From: an uncultured delta proteobacterium
Lineage (GTDB): Bacteria; Desulfobacterota; Binatia; Binatales; Binataceae
DNA length: 64,000 bases
Assembly: GCA_963794325.1 (NCBI GenBank)
Contig: CAWCDG010000004.1
Coordinates: 1,568,001-1,632,000, forward strand
Direction: 5' to 3'
Shown here: positions 10,734 to 27,775 of the stretch, in pieces
How the letters are laid out: every line of letters starts with the position of its first letter
How positions within the stretch are numbered: position 1 is the first letter of the stretch
Position numbers and translations under genes: made by a program
The notes under the pieces: generated by a model
The model's database searches: none
What the model was told of the DNA's origin: nothing
The model's input: only the letters and a program-made list of their open reading frames with translations

Positions 10734-11540
10734 TCAGTCCGCTTCGGGTTCTCGCAGCACGCGGTTGATCCGAGCCATCAGCTCACCCGAGTTGAAGGGC
10801 TTGGTGACGTAGTCGTCGGCCCCGAGCGAGAAGGCCTTGATCACTTCAGCTTCATCGCGATGCGCGCTGACCAGGATTATCGGCGTGCTCCTGGTCGCTA
10901 CGTCGCCGCGCAGTGCGGTCAGCGCTTCGAATCCATTCATATGCGGCATAGCTACATCGAGCAGCACAAGGTCGGGCCTCTTAAGGCGTGCGATTTCGAG
11001 CGCTTCCGCACCGTCGTGCGCGATTTCGCATTCGAAATGGAAGTGCTTCAGGATGGTTGAGATCATAACGATAGTGGTGGCGTCGTCATCGGCGAGAACT
11101 ACGCGCCGGGCGCTGCTGCGAGCCGAGAGTTGAAGCGCAACTTCAGCGCTGTCGGCAAATCTAAGGATGCGGTATGCCCTGAACACGAAGTCTTCGGGAC
11201 TACACGGCCGCAAAATGAATTCCCGGTTGAGGTCAGCGACGGCGGCGAAGCGCGTCATCAGATCGTCGAAGGAGCCGATGATGATCGCCGGCTTGCGGCT
11301 GCGCGCGATCATTTCGATCGGCGGCGGCTGATCGCCGATACCGCCAGCGGAAGCATTGATAAAGCAAGCATCGAAGTGCGAGAGGGAGTTGAGCCCGGGG
11401 ATATTCGGTTCGGCTCCAATCATGTGGCCGATTCCACGGACAGTCCCGAGCGCCGCGATGATCGAATCTGCTTCGGACTGATCGAATCCCATCAACGCGA
11501 ATCGCTTGCCTACTAAAGACTGTTGAATGAGCTGGTCCAT
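10734..11540 (-). CDS. Response regulator: degenerate N-terminal receiver-like region plus canonical C-terminal receiver, no output domain
   Basis: C-terminal LADDD, LLDVAMP and DYVTKPF; N-terminal FILRP/KPAIIIG remnants. Confidence 0.8.
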   Translation of the reverse strand: MDQLIQQSLVGKRFALMGFDQSEADSIIAALGTVRGIGHMIGAEPNIPGLNSLSHFDACFINASAGGIGDQPPPIEMIARSRKPAIIIGSFDDLMTRFAAVADLNREFILRPCSPEDFVFRAYRILRFADSAEVALQLSARSSARRVVLADDDATTIVMISTILKHFHFECEIAHDGAEALEIARLKRPDLVLLDVAMPHMNGFEALTALRGDVATRSTPIILVSAHRDEAEVIKAFSLGADDYVTKPFNSGELMARINRVLREPEAD

Positions 11541-11625
11541 TGGGGACGCAGTCCTCCTTGCTTGCCAATGCCGGAACAGGATCGATTCGCCGGGTCCATC
11601 GCGGTCGATTGGTCCCGTGGTATTA

Positions 11626-11641
11626 GGCAAGGTCTGTGCCT
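11626..11641 (-). promoter_or_regulatory. sigma54 -24/-12 promoter motif
   Basis: Minus strand AGGCACAGACCTTGCC (GG-N10-GC), 86 bp upstream of the response regulator start. Confidence 0.65.
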
Positions 11642-11797
11642 TGCGGCCTTGACGGCAAAGCGCCAATTAAGGAGTGCGAGCAGATAGACCGCAATATCAG
11701 ACTCAAGGGTTGATCGAATTGAGACATACAACGTCGCTCTTTGGGACATTCTGCTCGCCTTGACACTGCGGGTCCCGGTGCGCGAAACGGATGCATC

Positions 11798-12538
11798 ATG
11801 AGCGAGAGGACCAGCGGATACACCCCTGCCGCATTGTGGCGAAGGCTGGGGTTGGCGCGCCACAACTGGCCGGGCAGGTTTACCGTTCTGCTCATGACGA
11901 TTATGCTGCTGCTCGTCACGCAGCCGATTTTCTCGGGCCACGCCTTTGCGGAGAATATTGCGACCGCGATGATCTCCTTCGTGCTGCTGGCTGCTCTTTA
12001 TGCGTTCCGCTCGACCAGGGGGTTTTTCGTCTTCAACCTGGTGCTGCTGGTTCCTTCGATCGGAGGCCGGCTGGCGCTGTTGTTCACGCCGAGCCCAACC
12101 GTCGAGGTGGTCAGCGCAATCTCTTCGTGCATGTTTTTGGCGGTGACAGTTATCGCACTGGTTTCCCGGCTATTCACAGTGAGAAGTGTTACGCTCGACA
12201 CGATCAGCGCCGGGATTTGCGCCTACTTGCTGATGGGCGTCGCGTTCGCGTATTCCTTCGCAGTCGTCGAACTGCAAAATCCACGTTCGTTCAGCGAGAC
12301 ACTTCTGCAAAGGCCCTTAGGCAATGGCGCGCCGCTGATCGCGTCGCTTCACAGCTTCATCTACTACAGCTTCGTGTGCCTGACGACGACCGGCTTCGGC
12401 GATATCTCGCCAGTCTCGGGAGGCGCCCGCAGCTTGTCGGTCATGGAATCAGTATTCGGCCAGTTGTATGTGGCGATTCTGATTGCGCGGCTGGTCAGCC
12501 TTGAGGTTGCGCAATCGATGATGAAGGAGCGGGAATAA
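11798..12538 (+). CDS. Potassium channel family protein (Ion_trans_2)
   Basis: Several TM helices; [17 protein letters not shown] selectivity filter; [14 protein letters not shown]. Confidence 0.88.
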   Translation: MSERTSGYTPAALWRRLGLARHNWPGRFTVLLMTIMLLLVTQPIFSGHAFAENIATAMISFVLLAALYAFRSTRGFFVFNLVLLVPSIGGRLALLFTPSPTVEVVSAISSCMFLAVTVIALVSRLFTVRSVTLDTISAGICAYLLMGVAFAYSFAVVELQNPRSFSETLLQRPLGNGAPLIASLHSFIYYSFVCLTTTGFGDISPVSGGARSLSVMESVFGQLYVAILIARLVSLEVAQSMMKERE

Positions 12539-12539
12539 G

Positions 12540-12995
12540 ATGTCCGGATTATATTTTGAGGAATTCGAAGTTGGCCATGTATTCAAGCATGCGATCACGC
12601 GAACGATCACGGAAACTGACAACCTGATCTTCTGCGCGCTCACGCACAATCCGCAGCCGCTCCATCTCGACGCGGAATTCGCCAAAGGCACAGAGTTTGG
12701 CCAGCGCATCGTGAACAGCATCTTCACACTGGGACTGATGATCGGAGTGTCGGTCGGAGATACGACGCTCGGTACCACGATCGCGAACCTGGGCATGGCC
12801 GATACGCGCTTTGCGCATCCCGTGTTCATCGGCGATACGCTGCGCGCCGAGACGACGGTCGCCGAGAAGCGCGAGAGTCGATCGCGGCCTGATTCGGGGA
12901 TCGTGGTGTTCGACCATCGATGCTTCAACCAGCGCGCGGAGGAAGTGGCGTACTGCAAGCGGTCGGCGCTGATGCGCAAGAGGCCGGCGTCATGA
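12540..12995 (+). CDS. MaoC-family (R)-enoyl-CoA hydratase/dehydratase
   Basis: [33 protein letters not shown]. Confidence 0.9.
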   Translation: MSGLYFEEFEVGHVFKHAITRTITETDNLIFCALTHNPQPLHLDAEFAKGTEFGQRIVNSIFTLGLMIGVSVGDTTLGTTIANLGMADTRFAHPVFIGDTLRAETTVAEKRESRSRPDSGIVVFDHRCFNQRAEEVAYCKRSALMRKRPAS

Positions 12996-13870
12996 TTCTT
13001 CGCTCGCTGCTGTTCGTGCCGGGCGACAGCGAACGCAAGCTCGCGAAGTCGGAGTCCTCGCACGCCGACGCACTGGTGCTCGATCTCGAAGACGCGGTCG
13101 CGGCGGATCGCACCGAGATCGCACGCACGATGGTGCAGGAGTATCTGCGGGCGCATCGCGATCGCGCGAAGACTCAACTGTGGGTGCGCATCAATCCGCT
13201 GTCGACGACAAAGGCGATACTCGATCTGGCCGAGATCGTCGCCGGCGCGCCCGACGGAATCCTGCTTCCGAAGGTTACCTCAGCCAACGATGTCGTGATG
13301 CTCGATCACTTCCTGTCCGCTCTGGAAGCACGCGAAGGGATCAAGGAGGGATCGATCGCGATCATTCCAGTGGCCACCGAGACGCCGGCGGCGATGTTTG
13401 CGCTGGGCGGTTTCGCCGGATGCAGCCCGCGGCTGGCCGGCATGACGTGGGGTGCTGAAGACCTCGCGGCGGCGGTGGGCGCGACGACCAATCGCGACGC
13501 ATCGGGCAATCTGGATTTCACTTATCAACTCGCGCGCTCGCTCTGCCTGCTGGCGGCGGTGGCTGCCGACGTCCAGCCGATCGACACGGTGTCGGTAAAC
13601 TTCAAGGACGCCAGTGCGCTCAAGCAGGAATCGGAGAACGCGCGGCGCGCGGGCTTTACCGGCAAGATTGCGATTCATCCGGACCAGGTTGAGGTTATCA
13701 ACGATGCGTTCACTCCTTCGCCTGAAGATGTTGCCTATGCGAATCGGGTGATTGAAGCATTCGCGTCGGGCGCGGGCACCGTCGCGCTCGACGGGAAGAT
13801 GCTCGACATGCCTCATCTGAAACAGGCGCGCCGGATTCTCGGGCTCGCCGCATCGCTGCGTTCGCGGTAG
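12992..13870 (+). CDS. CitE/HpcH-family CoA-ester lyase
   Basis: [40 protein letters not shown]. Confidence 0.9.
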   Translation: MILRSLLFVPGDSERKLAKSESSHADALVLDLEDAVAADRTEIARTMVQEYLRAHRDRAKTQLWVRINPLSTTKAILDLAEIVAGAPDGILLPKVTSANDVVMLDHFLSALEAREGIKEGSIAIIPVATETPAAMFALGGFAGCSPRLAGMTWGAEDLAAAVGATTNRDASGNLDFTYQLARSLCLLAAVAADVQPIDTVSVNFKDASALKQESENARRAGFTGKIAIHPDQVEVINDAFTPSPEDVAYANRVIEAFASGAGTVALDGKMLDMPHLKQARRILGLAASLRSR

Positions 13871-13902
13871 CGCTTCGAGGATAAAGATTGTGGCGAAAGC
13901 AG

Positions 13903-15490
<1,588 letters not shown>

Positions 15491-15510
<20 letters not shown>

Positions 15511-15844
15511 GAATTTCCCGCTGGCACTGCTGTGGAAGTTGCAGGAAGAGGGATATCAGGCTGACCACATCATCCTACTCGGCCTGCGCGGCGCGACCGA
15601 TCGTGCAATCGTCGATCGGCTGAAGTCCGAGGATCATCTTTTACTGACTAACGATCAGGAGTTTCTCGACCGGTCTTTCACTCACTCTCGCGTCATAGTG
15701 TCGCGCGTAACCCAAAGTCAGCCGATTGAGGTACGCGTCGAGGCGTGGCTCAATGCAATTCGCGAGTACTTCTCTCGCACTTGGCGCCAGAGACAGTTCG
15801 AGGTATTCGACGACGGAAAGCTGAGCCCTTGGCAAAAGCCCTGA
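15491..15844 (+). CDS. DUF5615-family PIN-like toxin
   Basis: MRILLDEN.P, GLRGATD and LLTNDQEF; overlaps the DUF433 gene by 20 nt. Confidence 0.88.
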
Positions 15845-15845
15845 T

Positions 15846-16535
15846 CTAGCGGCGCTCGAATTGCTTGATGCCGTACAGGATTGAGCGGGCTTGGTCGTCT
15901 AGCGGCTCTGGTGGAAGGTCGGCCATTACGGCGACGCCGCGTTTTACGGCGGGGCGATCACCGATTGCGTCGAGCCATCGCTTGAAGTTGGGGCGGCTTT
16001 CCAACTGCTCGGGTTCGCGGCGCGTTCCTACTACCCATGGATAGGTGGCCATGTCGGCGATCGAGTAGTCGCCTGCCAGGTATGGCGTCTCGGCGAGGCG
16101 ATTTTCGATTACGTTGAGGAGGCGGCGCGATTCATTGGTGTAGCGATCGATCGCGTACGGAATCTTTTCAGGAGCGGCGCGCAGAAAGTGTCCGCGTTGG
16201 CCGAACATCGGACCGACGCCAGCCATCTGGAACATCAGCCATTGTATGACGTTGTAACGCGCGCGGGTCTCCGAGGGCATGAACTTGCCGGTCTTCTCGG
16301 CCAGGTAGAGCAGGATCGCCCCGGACTCGAACAGCGCCAGAGGCTTACCGCCCGGGCCGTCGTGGTCGATGATCGCGGGCATCCGGTTGTTCGGGCTGAA
16401 CTTCAGGAACTCGGGGGCGAACTGCTCGCCCTTGCGGATATTGACGGGGACGATTTTGTATTCGAGGCCGGCCTCCTCGAGAAAAATCGTTACCTTGTGC
16501 CCGTTCGGCGTCGGCCAGTAGTAGAGATCGATCAT
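15846..16535 (-). CDS. Glutathione S-transferase (YfcG/YghU-like)
   Basis: WPTPNGHK, SPNNRMPAI, FESGAIL, QWLMFQM.GVGPM.GQ. Confidence 0.93.
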   Translation of the reverse strand: MIDLYYWPTPNGHKVTIFLEEAGLEYKIVPVNIRKGEQFAPEFLKFSPNNRMPAIIDHDGPGGKPLALFESGAILLYLAEKTGKFMPSETRARYNVIQWLMFQMAGVGPMFGQRGHFLRAAPEKIPYAIDRYTNESRRLLNVIENRLAETPYLAGDYSIADMATYPWVVGTRREPEQLESRPNFKRWLDAIGDRPAVKRGVAVMADLPPEPLDDQARSILYGIKQFERR

Positions 16536-16564
16536 GTGGGTCTCCTTCGAATCAAATGCACCTG

Positions 16565-17398
16565 TTATTGCGGAATCCAGATGGGGGCGCTGCTGAATAG
16601 ATGATCGACGATACCAATCTGGTAGGCGAGGAACAGGCCGAAACCGAAACTTAAGAGGCCCGAACCGGTCACCAGGCCTTGACGGATCCATGACGCTTGC
16701 GTTGACGCGATCATGAATGGTGTCGCGATTGCGGTCGTGATGAGGCCCATCCCGATCACAGTGCCGGCGCAAAAAATCGCCAGGTAGATCGTCGCCCACA
16801 TCGGATTGGGAATCGCGCTCAGGACCAACAATGCGATCGCGGCGCTGCCGGCGAGTCCGTGCACGAGTCCAACTGCGAATGATCTCAGCAGCGGGCGTCG
16901 CGCAGCGAACGTCGGCAGTGCGTCGGCCGGAATGCGATGGTCGTGATGGGTCGCGTCGCCGGCATCTTCGTGATCGCGAACGTGAACGTGTGGATGTGCG
17001 TGCGTCGCGCCGTCGTGAGTATGTGCGTGCGCGTGGACGAGGAGTTCGTCGGGCTGCGGCGACGCGCCGCGGATTCGATGTGCGCCTTTTCGAACCAGGC
17101 TCGCGGCCGCGCCGACGCCAAGCAGAATCAGCACGACTGCCACGGCGAATTCCATCGCGAGTCCGAGGCGTGCCGGTATCGCGATTTTGAAAACGATGAT
17201 CGCGGCGCCGACCATCAGCACTGTGATCGTATGACCGAACCCCCAGATGACACCGATGCGGGCGGCGACCGCGAGGCGGCGCTCGCGGCTTAAGATGGTG
17301 GTGATCGCAATCACGTGATCGGGATCGGTGGCGTGGCGCATTCCGAGCAGCAATCCCAGGAGTGCGATTGCGAGAGGTGCAGCGTTGGCAGGAATCAT
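16565..17398 (-). CDS. High-affinity nickel/cobalt transporter (HoxN/NixA/UreH-like)
   Basis: GMRHATDPDHV, WGFGHT, His-rich loop, GLVHGLAGSA. Confidence 0.9.
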   Translation of the reverse strand: MIPANAAPLAIALLGLLLGMRHATDPDHVIAITTILSRERRLAVAARIGVIWGFGHTITVLMVGAAIIVFKIAIPARLGLAMEFAVAVVLILLGVGAAASLVRKGAHRIRGASPQPDELLVHAHAHTHDGATHAHPHVHVRDHEDAGDATHHDHRIPADALPTFAARRPLLRSFAVGLVHGLAGSAAIALLVLSAIPNPMWATIYLAIFCAGTVIGMGLITTAIATPFMIASTQASWIRQGLVTGSGLLSFGFGLFLAYQIGIVDHLFSSAPIWIPQ

Positions 17399-17518
17399 CA
17401 GGTATCGCTCCTCAAGCGACTCGGAATCGACAGTACACCCAATTTTTTTCTGAGAGAAAGGCGATCGGAACGCGATCGGCGCTTGACTCCGAAAAACCGT
17501 TCGGCAAGAGATCCATCG

Positions 17519-18658
17519 ATGAGCAACAATATTGAGCCTTTCAAAATCGCGGTGACGGATGCGCAACTCGACGACTTGAAGCGGCGGCTGCGCGAGACCC
17601 GATGGCCCGAGCGCGAGTGCGTCGATGACTGGTCGCAGGGGCTGCCGCTCGCGTATGCGCAGGAAGTCGCGCGCTACTGGCTCGAGAAGTACGACTGGCG
17701 CGCGCGCGAGGCTCGGCTCAACCGGTTCGCGCAATTCAAGACGACGATCGACGGGCTCGGGATTCATTTCATTCATGTGCGATCGCCGCACGCCGACGCA
17801 CTCCCACTCGTGATGACGCATGGGTGGCCGGGGTCGATCGTCGAGTTCCAAAAGGTGATCGAGCCGCTGACGAATCCGACGGCCCATGGCGGCGAGGCGT
17901 CGGATGCGTTTCACGTCGTTTGTCCGTCGCTTCCGGGGTACGGGTTCTCGGACAAGCCGGCCCGCAACGGCTGGGATGTTCAGCGAATCGCGCGGGCATG
18001 GTCGGAGTTGATGCCGCGGCTTGGCTACAAGAGATACGCGGCGCAGGGCGGCGATTGGGGATCGATCGTAACGACCTGCATCGGAATCCAGGACGCTGCG
18101 AATTGTGTCGGGATTCATCTCAACATGCCGATCGCGATGCCCGATCCGGCGACGATGAACGATCTCGCCGAAAACGAAAAATCGGCGATCGCGGGCATGC
18201 AGCATTATAATGATTGGGACTCGGGCTACTCGAAGCAGCAGAGCACGCGGCCGCAGACGGTCAGCTACGGGCTCACCGATTCACCGGTCGGGCAACTTAC
18301 CTGGATTCTGGAAAAGTTCTGGTCGTGGACGGACTGCGACGGCCATCCGGAGAGCGTACTGACGCGCGACGAATTGCTCGACAACGTGATGCTGTACTGG
18401 CTACCGGCCAATGCGGCCTCGTCGGCGCGGCTGTACTGGGAAAGTTTTCGCCGGACGCTGACGAATCCGGTGACGGTGCCGGTCGGCTGCTCGATTTTTC
18501 CGAAAGAAATATTCCGCACGTCGAAGCGATGGGCCGAGAAGAGATTTGCGAAGCTCGTGTATTTCAACGAACTGAGCAAGGGCGGCCACTTCGCCGCCTT
18601 CGAACAGCCCGAAACATTCGTGAAAGAGGTGCGCAATTGTTTCAGGCTGATGCGATAG
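17519..18658 (+). CDS. Epoxide hydrolase (microsomal type, EHN domain)
   Basis: LRETRWP, HGWPGS, PSLPGYGFS, QGGDWGS, GGHFAAFEQP. Confidence 0.93.
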   Translation: MSNNIEPFKIAVTDAQLDDLKRRLRETRWPERECVDDWSQGLPLAYAQEVARYWLEKYDWRAREARLNRFAQFKTTIDGLGIHFIHVRSPHADALPLVMTHGWPGSIVEFQKVIEPLTNPTAHGGEASDAFHVVCPSLPGYGFSDKPARNGWDVQRIARAWSELMPRLGYKRYAAQGGDWGSIVTTCIGIQDAANCVGIHLNMPIAMPDPATMNDLAENEKSAIAGMQHYNDWDSGYSKQQSTRPQTVSYGLTDSPVGQLTWILEKFWSWTDCDGHPESVLTRDELLDNVMLYWLPANAASSARLYWESFRRTLTNPVTVPVGCSIFPKEIFRTSKRWAEKRFAKLVYFNELSKGGHFAAFEQPETFVKEVRNCFRLMR

Positions 18659-18696
18659 AGCAGCGGCTCTGACCTGCCGTTCGAGTTCGGCGCCGG

Positions 18697-20751
18697 TTAT
18701 TGTCGCGAAGGGAGCAGTTGCTTTATCGCTTCCACCAGGCAGTCGGGTTCCACCGGCTTGACCATGCAAAGCTGGAAGCCCTCGTCCATGGCGCGTTTGC
18801 GATCGTGCGAGCTGCCGAGTCCCGTCAACGCCATCGCAAGCATCTCGCTCTCGGGGATTAGGTCGCGAACTCTGCGAATCAGCTCAAAGCCGTCGACGCC
18901 CGGCATGCCGATATCGCTGAGCAGGACCCGCGGAGCGCGATGGGCAATTTCGGACAACGCCTCCTCGACGGATGCAGCGGTCCTGGTCTGCGCGCCGTAT
19001 TGCCGCAGAAGCTCGGCCAGCATTTCGCGGGAGTCGGGTTCGTCATCAACTACCAGGATCGAAACTCCCTCGAGCTGCAACGGCCGCGCAACGGTGTGAT
19101 CGTGATCTTCGCCGGCGGCCGACGTCCTGGAGTTCGTGATAGGCAATCTCACTGAGAAGGTGGCGCCCTGACCGGCGCCGGCGCTGACAGCTTCGACAGT
19201 GCCTGCGTGCAGCTCGACCAGATGACGCACGATTGCGAGGCCCAGACCCAGGCCGCCATGCGCGCGAGTGCTGCCACTATCGGCCTGGCTGAATCTGTCG
19301 AACACGTGCGGCAGGAAATCCTGAGAAATTCCCTGGCCGGTATCGCTGACGCTCAGGGTGAGCTCTTCATCGTGCTGGTCCATACGAACCGTGACGCGGC
19401 CGTCGCGGGGCGTGAACTTGATCGCGTTCGACAGCAAGTTCCAGACGATTTGCTCCAATCGATCCGGGTCGCCGCTGATTTCGTCGCACGCGGCCGCTAC
19501 CTCGCATTCGAGCCCGACGCCTTTCGCGTCGGCAGTCGGACGCATCGCGGCAAGGGCGGCCTCGACGACGGCGCCCATTCGGACCGATCGGAAGGTCAGG
19601 TTGATCTTGCCGCGCATGATCCGCGAGACGTCCAGAATGTCGTCGATAAGCGCGGTCTGCAGGTGGACGTTGCGTTCGATCGTCTCCAGCGCTTTCGACG
19701 ACTTGGCCGTATCGAGCTTTCCGGAGCGCAGCAGATGGACCCATCCCATGATCGCGTTGAGCGGGTTGCGCAGCTCGTGCGATACAGTCGCGAGAAATTC
19801 CTCTTTCATCCGGTTCGCGGTTTCGGCTTCCTGCAACGCCTGATGTTCCGAATGGATGTCGGTTGCCGCGACGATCCATCCGCTTAACTTTCCCGATTCG
19901 TCGTGATGCGGAACTCCGCGCATCAGGAACCATCGGTATTCACCATCGCTATGCCGCCGGAGACGAACCTTGACCTCGGCCGAATGCTGGTTGGCGGTGG
20001 ACAGTTCCCATTCCGCTTTGAGCGTCGGCAGATCGTCCGGGTGGACGAATTCAAACAAACGTTCGGGCGGGACCGCCACCGTCGCCTGCATCCCGATAAA
20101 ATCGACGGCGCGCTGGTTCCAGTAATAGAAGGTCAGGTCGGCGCGCGCGATCCACACGCTCTGCGGCAGCGCGTCCATCAGCGAACGGAAGCGCAGCTCG
20201 CTGCGACGCTCGAAGGCCTCGCGATCGCGTTGGCGGAGCAGCGCACCCTGCCGTCTGATCATCTGCTCTTTCTGGTGCAGGTCCACGAAGACCGAGACCT
20301 TCGAGCGCAGAATTTCGGGATCGAAAGGCTTGAGGAGAAAATCGACGGCGCCGCGCGCATAGCCGCTCGCCACATCAGAGTTGCCAATCGGGACCGCGGT
20401 CAGAAATATAATCGGAATTCTCGCCGAGCTTTCACGCTGGCAGATCACTTCGGCGGTGCGCAGTCCATCCATGCCCGGCATCCGCACGTCCATCAGGATG
20501 ACCGCGAATTCCTCGTTCTGAAGTTTCTCGAGCGCTTCTTCGCCGGAGGTGGCGCGCACCAGCCGCTGGTCCAGCGGATCGAGAATTGCCTCGAGCGCCA
20601 GGAGATTTGCCGGGCGATCGTCCACCAACAGGATGTTCGCCTTGACTCCTGAACCGGCCGGTACTCGCTCGACGCGCGACGCTTGTTGCAGTGTTTTCAT
20701 TTCGCTAATCCGCGCCTCTTCAACTGCACGACTATGCTCGATTTCATCCAT
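18697..20751 (-). CDS. Hybrid histidine kinase REC-PAS-HisKA-HATPase-REC with an OsaB-like N-terminus
   Basis: ILLVDDRPANLLALEAIL, VHPDD...YRWF, SHELRNPL, NAIKFT, GLGLGL, C-terminal VVDDEPD/SDIGMP. Confidence 0.92.
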   Translation of the reverse strand: MDEIEHSRAVEEARISEMKTLQQASRVERVPAGSGVKANILLVDDRPANLLALEAILDPLDQRLVRATSGEEALEKLQNEEFAVILMDVRMPGMDGLRTAEVICQRESSARIPIIFLTAVPIGNSDVASGYARGAVDFLLKPFDPEILRSKVSVFVDLHQKEQMIRRQGALLRQRDREAFERRSELRFRSLMDALPQSVWIARADLTFYYWNQRAVDFIGMQATVAVPPERLFEFVHPDDLPTLKAEWELSTANQHSAEVKVRLRRHSDGEYRWFLMRGVPHHDESGKLSGWIVAATDIHSEHQALQEAETANRMKEEFLATVSHELRNPLNAIMGWVHLLRSGKLDTAKSSKALETIERNVHLQTALIDDILDVSRIMRGKINLTFRSVRMGAVVEAALAAMRPTADAKGVGLECEVAAACDEISGDPDRLEQIVWNLLSNAIKFTPRDGRVTVRMDQHDEELTLSVSDTGQGISQDFLPHVFDRFSQADSGSTRAHGGLGLGLAIVRHLVELHAGTVEAVSAGAGQGATFSVRLPITNSRTSAAGEDHDHTVARPLQLEGVSILVVDDEPDSREMLAELLRQYGAQTRTAASVEEALSEIAHRAPRVLLSDIGMPGVDGFELIRRVRDLIPESEMLAMALTGLGSSHDRKRAMDEGFQLCMVKPVEPDCLVEAIKQLLPSRQ

Positions 20752-20770
20752 TGACGTGCGCGATTCCTGC

Positions 20771-25870
<5,100 letters not shown>

Positions 25871-25925
25871 TTGGATACTCCTTCCAGGAGTCGGTCTCGC
25901 AGCGTTCGCAAAAAATGACGTTCAG

Positions 25926-26089
25926 AGAAAAAGAGCAGGGTGCAATGAGAAGATGATGTGATTCGGAAAATTCCGAATTCTGTGAGGAGGCGGAAATTGC
26001 ACCCTGCTCGACGGACTACCGGCATTCAAATCTCCCCGACAACTGGCCCGTCCATGGGCCACAGGCGACCGTCCGCGGAAAGAAAAGCC
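25926..26089 (-). ncRNA. Candidate sigma54-dependent sRNA or attenuator leader
   Basis: 14-bp perfect stem GAGCAGGGTGCAAT/ATTGCACCCTGCTC (25933-26009) followed by TTTTT on the minus strand; interior carries CCTCCTC. Confidence 0.45.
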
Positions 26090-26099
26090 GCTAGCAGCA

Positions 26100-26115
26100 A
26101 GCAGAAAACGTGCCG
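26100..26115 (-). promoter_or_regulatory. sigma54 -24/-12 promoter motif
   Basis: Minus strand CGGCACGTTTTCTGCT, upstream of the poly-HAMP kinase. Confidence 0.7.
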
Positions 26116-26523
26116 CCGTAGGTGGCAGATTGATTAAACTAGGAAATAGCGCCTAAAGACTAAGATATCTCCACAGAAGGAGTATCAAAGATGATCCAAA
26201 TCAAACCGAAGATGGGCGCTCTGTGAAAAATTTTCCGGAGATTTTTTCACGCTTCACGACTCTTTATTTCCCCGGTCGCTAACACGGTTTCAAAGTCCCG
26301 GACTGTCGTCTTGCTGAAATGATTGTGCGCGAAGCGCGCGATTAAGGAGACCGGAACCGGCTTCGCGTGGCGCGAAGCTGTCCGGAGGCCACAAGCCATT
26401 TCCTCCTGTCGCCGTCACTCGCTGCGTCAGGAGAAGTGGGCGCGCATTCCTCGATATCGCGTTGCTCGCTTCGTTCGAATGACAAGCGGCTCGCGTCGCT
26501 CGCTTCATCAGGACGACAAAACA

Positions 26524-26979
26524 CTAAGACCGGGGGCGGCCGCCGTAGGGCGCCAGGATTTTTTCCAGAGCTGCCAGCGTGGCGCGATTTTCTGAAAGCT
26601 GGCGTTCGAGAACGGTGCGCGTGGTGGCGGGGAAGTCCTGCAAGGCTTTCTCGTACTCGGCGATGACGTCTTTGACGTCCTGACGGCACCAATCGACGAC
26701 GCCGGTATCGCCCATGCTCATTACCACGTTCAGATCCATCTCGGCCCGATCGATGAACCCGCTCACGCTGCCCGATTCTTTGCCGGGCCGCTCGCCTTCG
26801 CCGCCGAGCCGCTTGCGCTCGATATTCAATTCGTCGGCATCTCGGCGGCGGACGGTTTCCTGCCGCTGGAAGAACTGCACCAGCTTTTCCTTGCCGACAT
26901 CCGAAGCGGCGCGACGATAACGCTCCGCGCTGTCAACACAGATCTTGACGAGGTTGTCCAGGCTTTCAAGGTTAGTCAT
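26524..26979 (-). CDS. PA2169/DUF2383 four-helix-bundle (ferritin-like) protein
   Basis: LDNLVKICVDSAERYRRAA, ESGSVSG.IDR, YEKAL; AGGAG RBS. Confidence 0.8.
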   Translation of the reverse strand: MTNLESLDNLVKICVDSAERYRRAASDVGKEKLVQFFQRQETVRRRDADELNIERKRLGGEGERPGKESGSVSGFIDRAEMDLNVVMSMGDTGVVDWCRQDVKDVIAEYEKALQDFPATTRTVLERQLSENRATLAALEKILAPYGGRPRS

Positions 26980-27259
26980 CGCGATTCTCCTGTGGCGCAC
27001 CTGAGGTTTCGGCTGAGCTAACAATATCATAAGAGGTGCGCCCAAGTTTGCGGGAAAAATCGGCGCACGATGCGAATTCTCCGGTGCATTTCGCGCCGGC
27101 AAATGTGGCAAAGGATTGCCATTGTGGTCATGACGATTGCCGGGCCTCGCACTCGACGCATCGCGACAGCACCTGGTCGTCGCGCCTTTGTGATCCGTAA
27201 TTTCTACAGAAGTCGGCTCCTCAAATCGCGCTAACTGTCGCTAACACGGCTCTGACGGT

Positions 27260-27275
27260 TGGCACGCGCAATGCT
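27260..27275 (+). promoter_or_regulatory. sigma54 -24/-12 promoter motif
   Basis: TGGCACGCGCAATGCT, 43 bp upstream of the lipoprotein gene. Confidence 0.75.
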
Positions 27276-27318
27276 CATTTTACGCTGGCTGGAATAACAC
27301 TTTCCGGAGAGCGCAAAA

Positions 27319-27672
27319 ATGAAATACCTGCCAATGATATTAATGCTGGGTACGCTGTTTACGATTGCAATCATCGCCTGCCAGCAACCGATAGGACCTG
27401 TTGTCGGTCACAAGTTGAAGGTAACTGGAAATCAGCACGCGGTTCCTGTGTACCCGGATGAACAGACCTACCTGCACACGTCTCGTGAAAAGCAGGAGGG
27501 CGGAGTTGTCGGAGTCGTCGGTGAGGTGAAGCAGAATCTCACGGCGAAACAACTCGACGACCAGACTCCGGTGCAGATCGTTAACCGCGACGGCTACGGC
27601 GCAATGATTACGGTGACTGACGGGCCGATGAAGGGAGCGACCGGATTCGTCGCGAAGCAGAACGTCGACTGA
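27319..27672 (+). CDS. Hypothetical lipoprotein
   Basis: Hydrophobic N-terminus ending IIAC; GGAG RBS. Confidence 0.7.
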   Translation: MKYLPMILMLGTLFTIAIIACQQPIGPVVGHKLKVTGNQHAVPVYPDEQTYLHTSREKQEGGVVGVVGEVKQNLTAKQLDDQTPVQIVNRDGYGAMITVTDGPMKGATGFVAKQNVD

Positions 27673-27704
27673 GCGGCCGAGGGGGAGACCGAGCGGCTGG
27701 CTGC

Positions 27705-27775
27705 CTTTCAAAGTATCGGTCGAAGCGGGACTTCCAGAAGACCGCCGAGAAGAAACGAATTTCTGATAATGTGGT
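27705..27775 (+). pseudogene. Remnant ligD 5' end fused to the pre-polymerase linker
   Basis: Reads [23 protein letters not shown]; out of frame with the Pol domain because of a GTGGT duplication. Confidence 0.65.
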
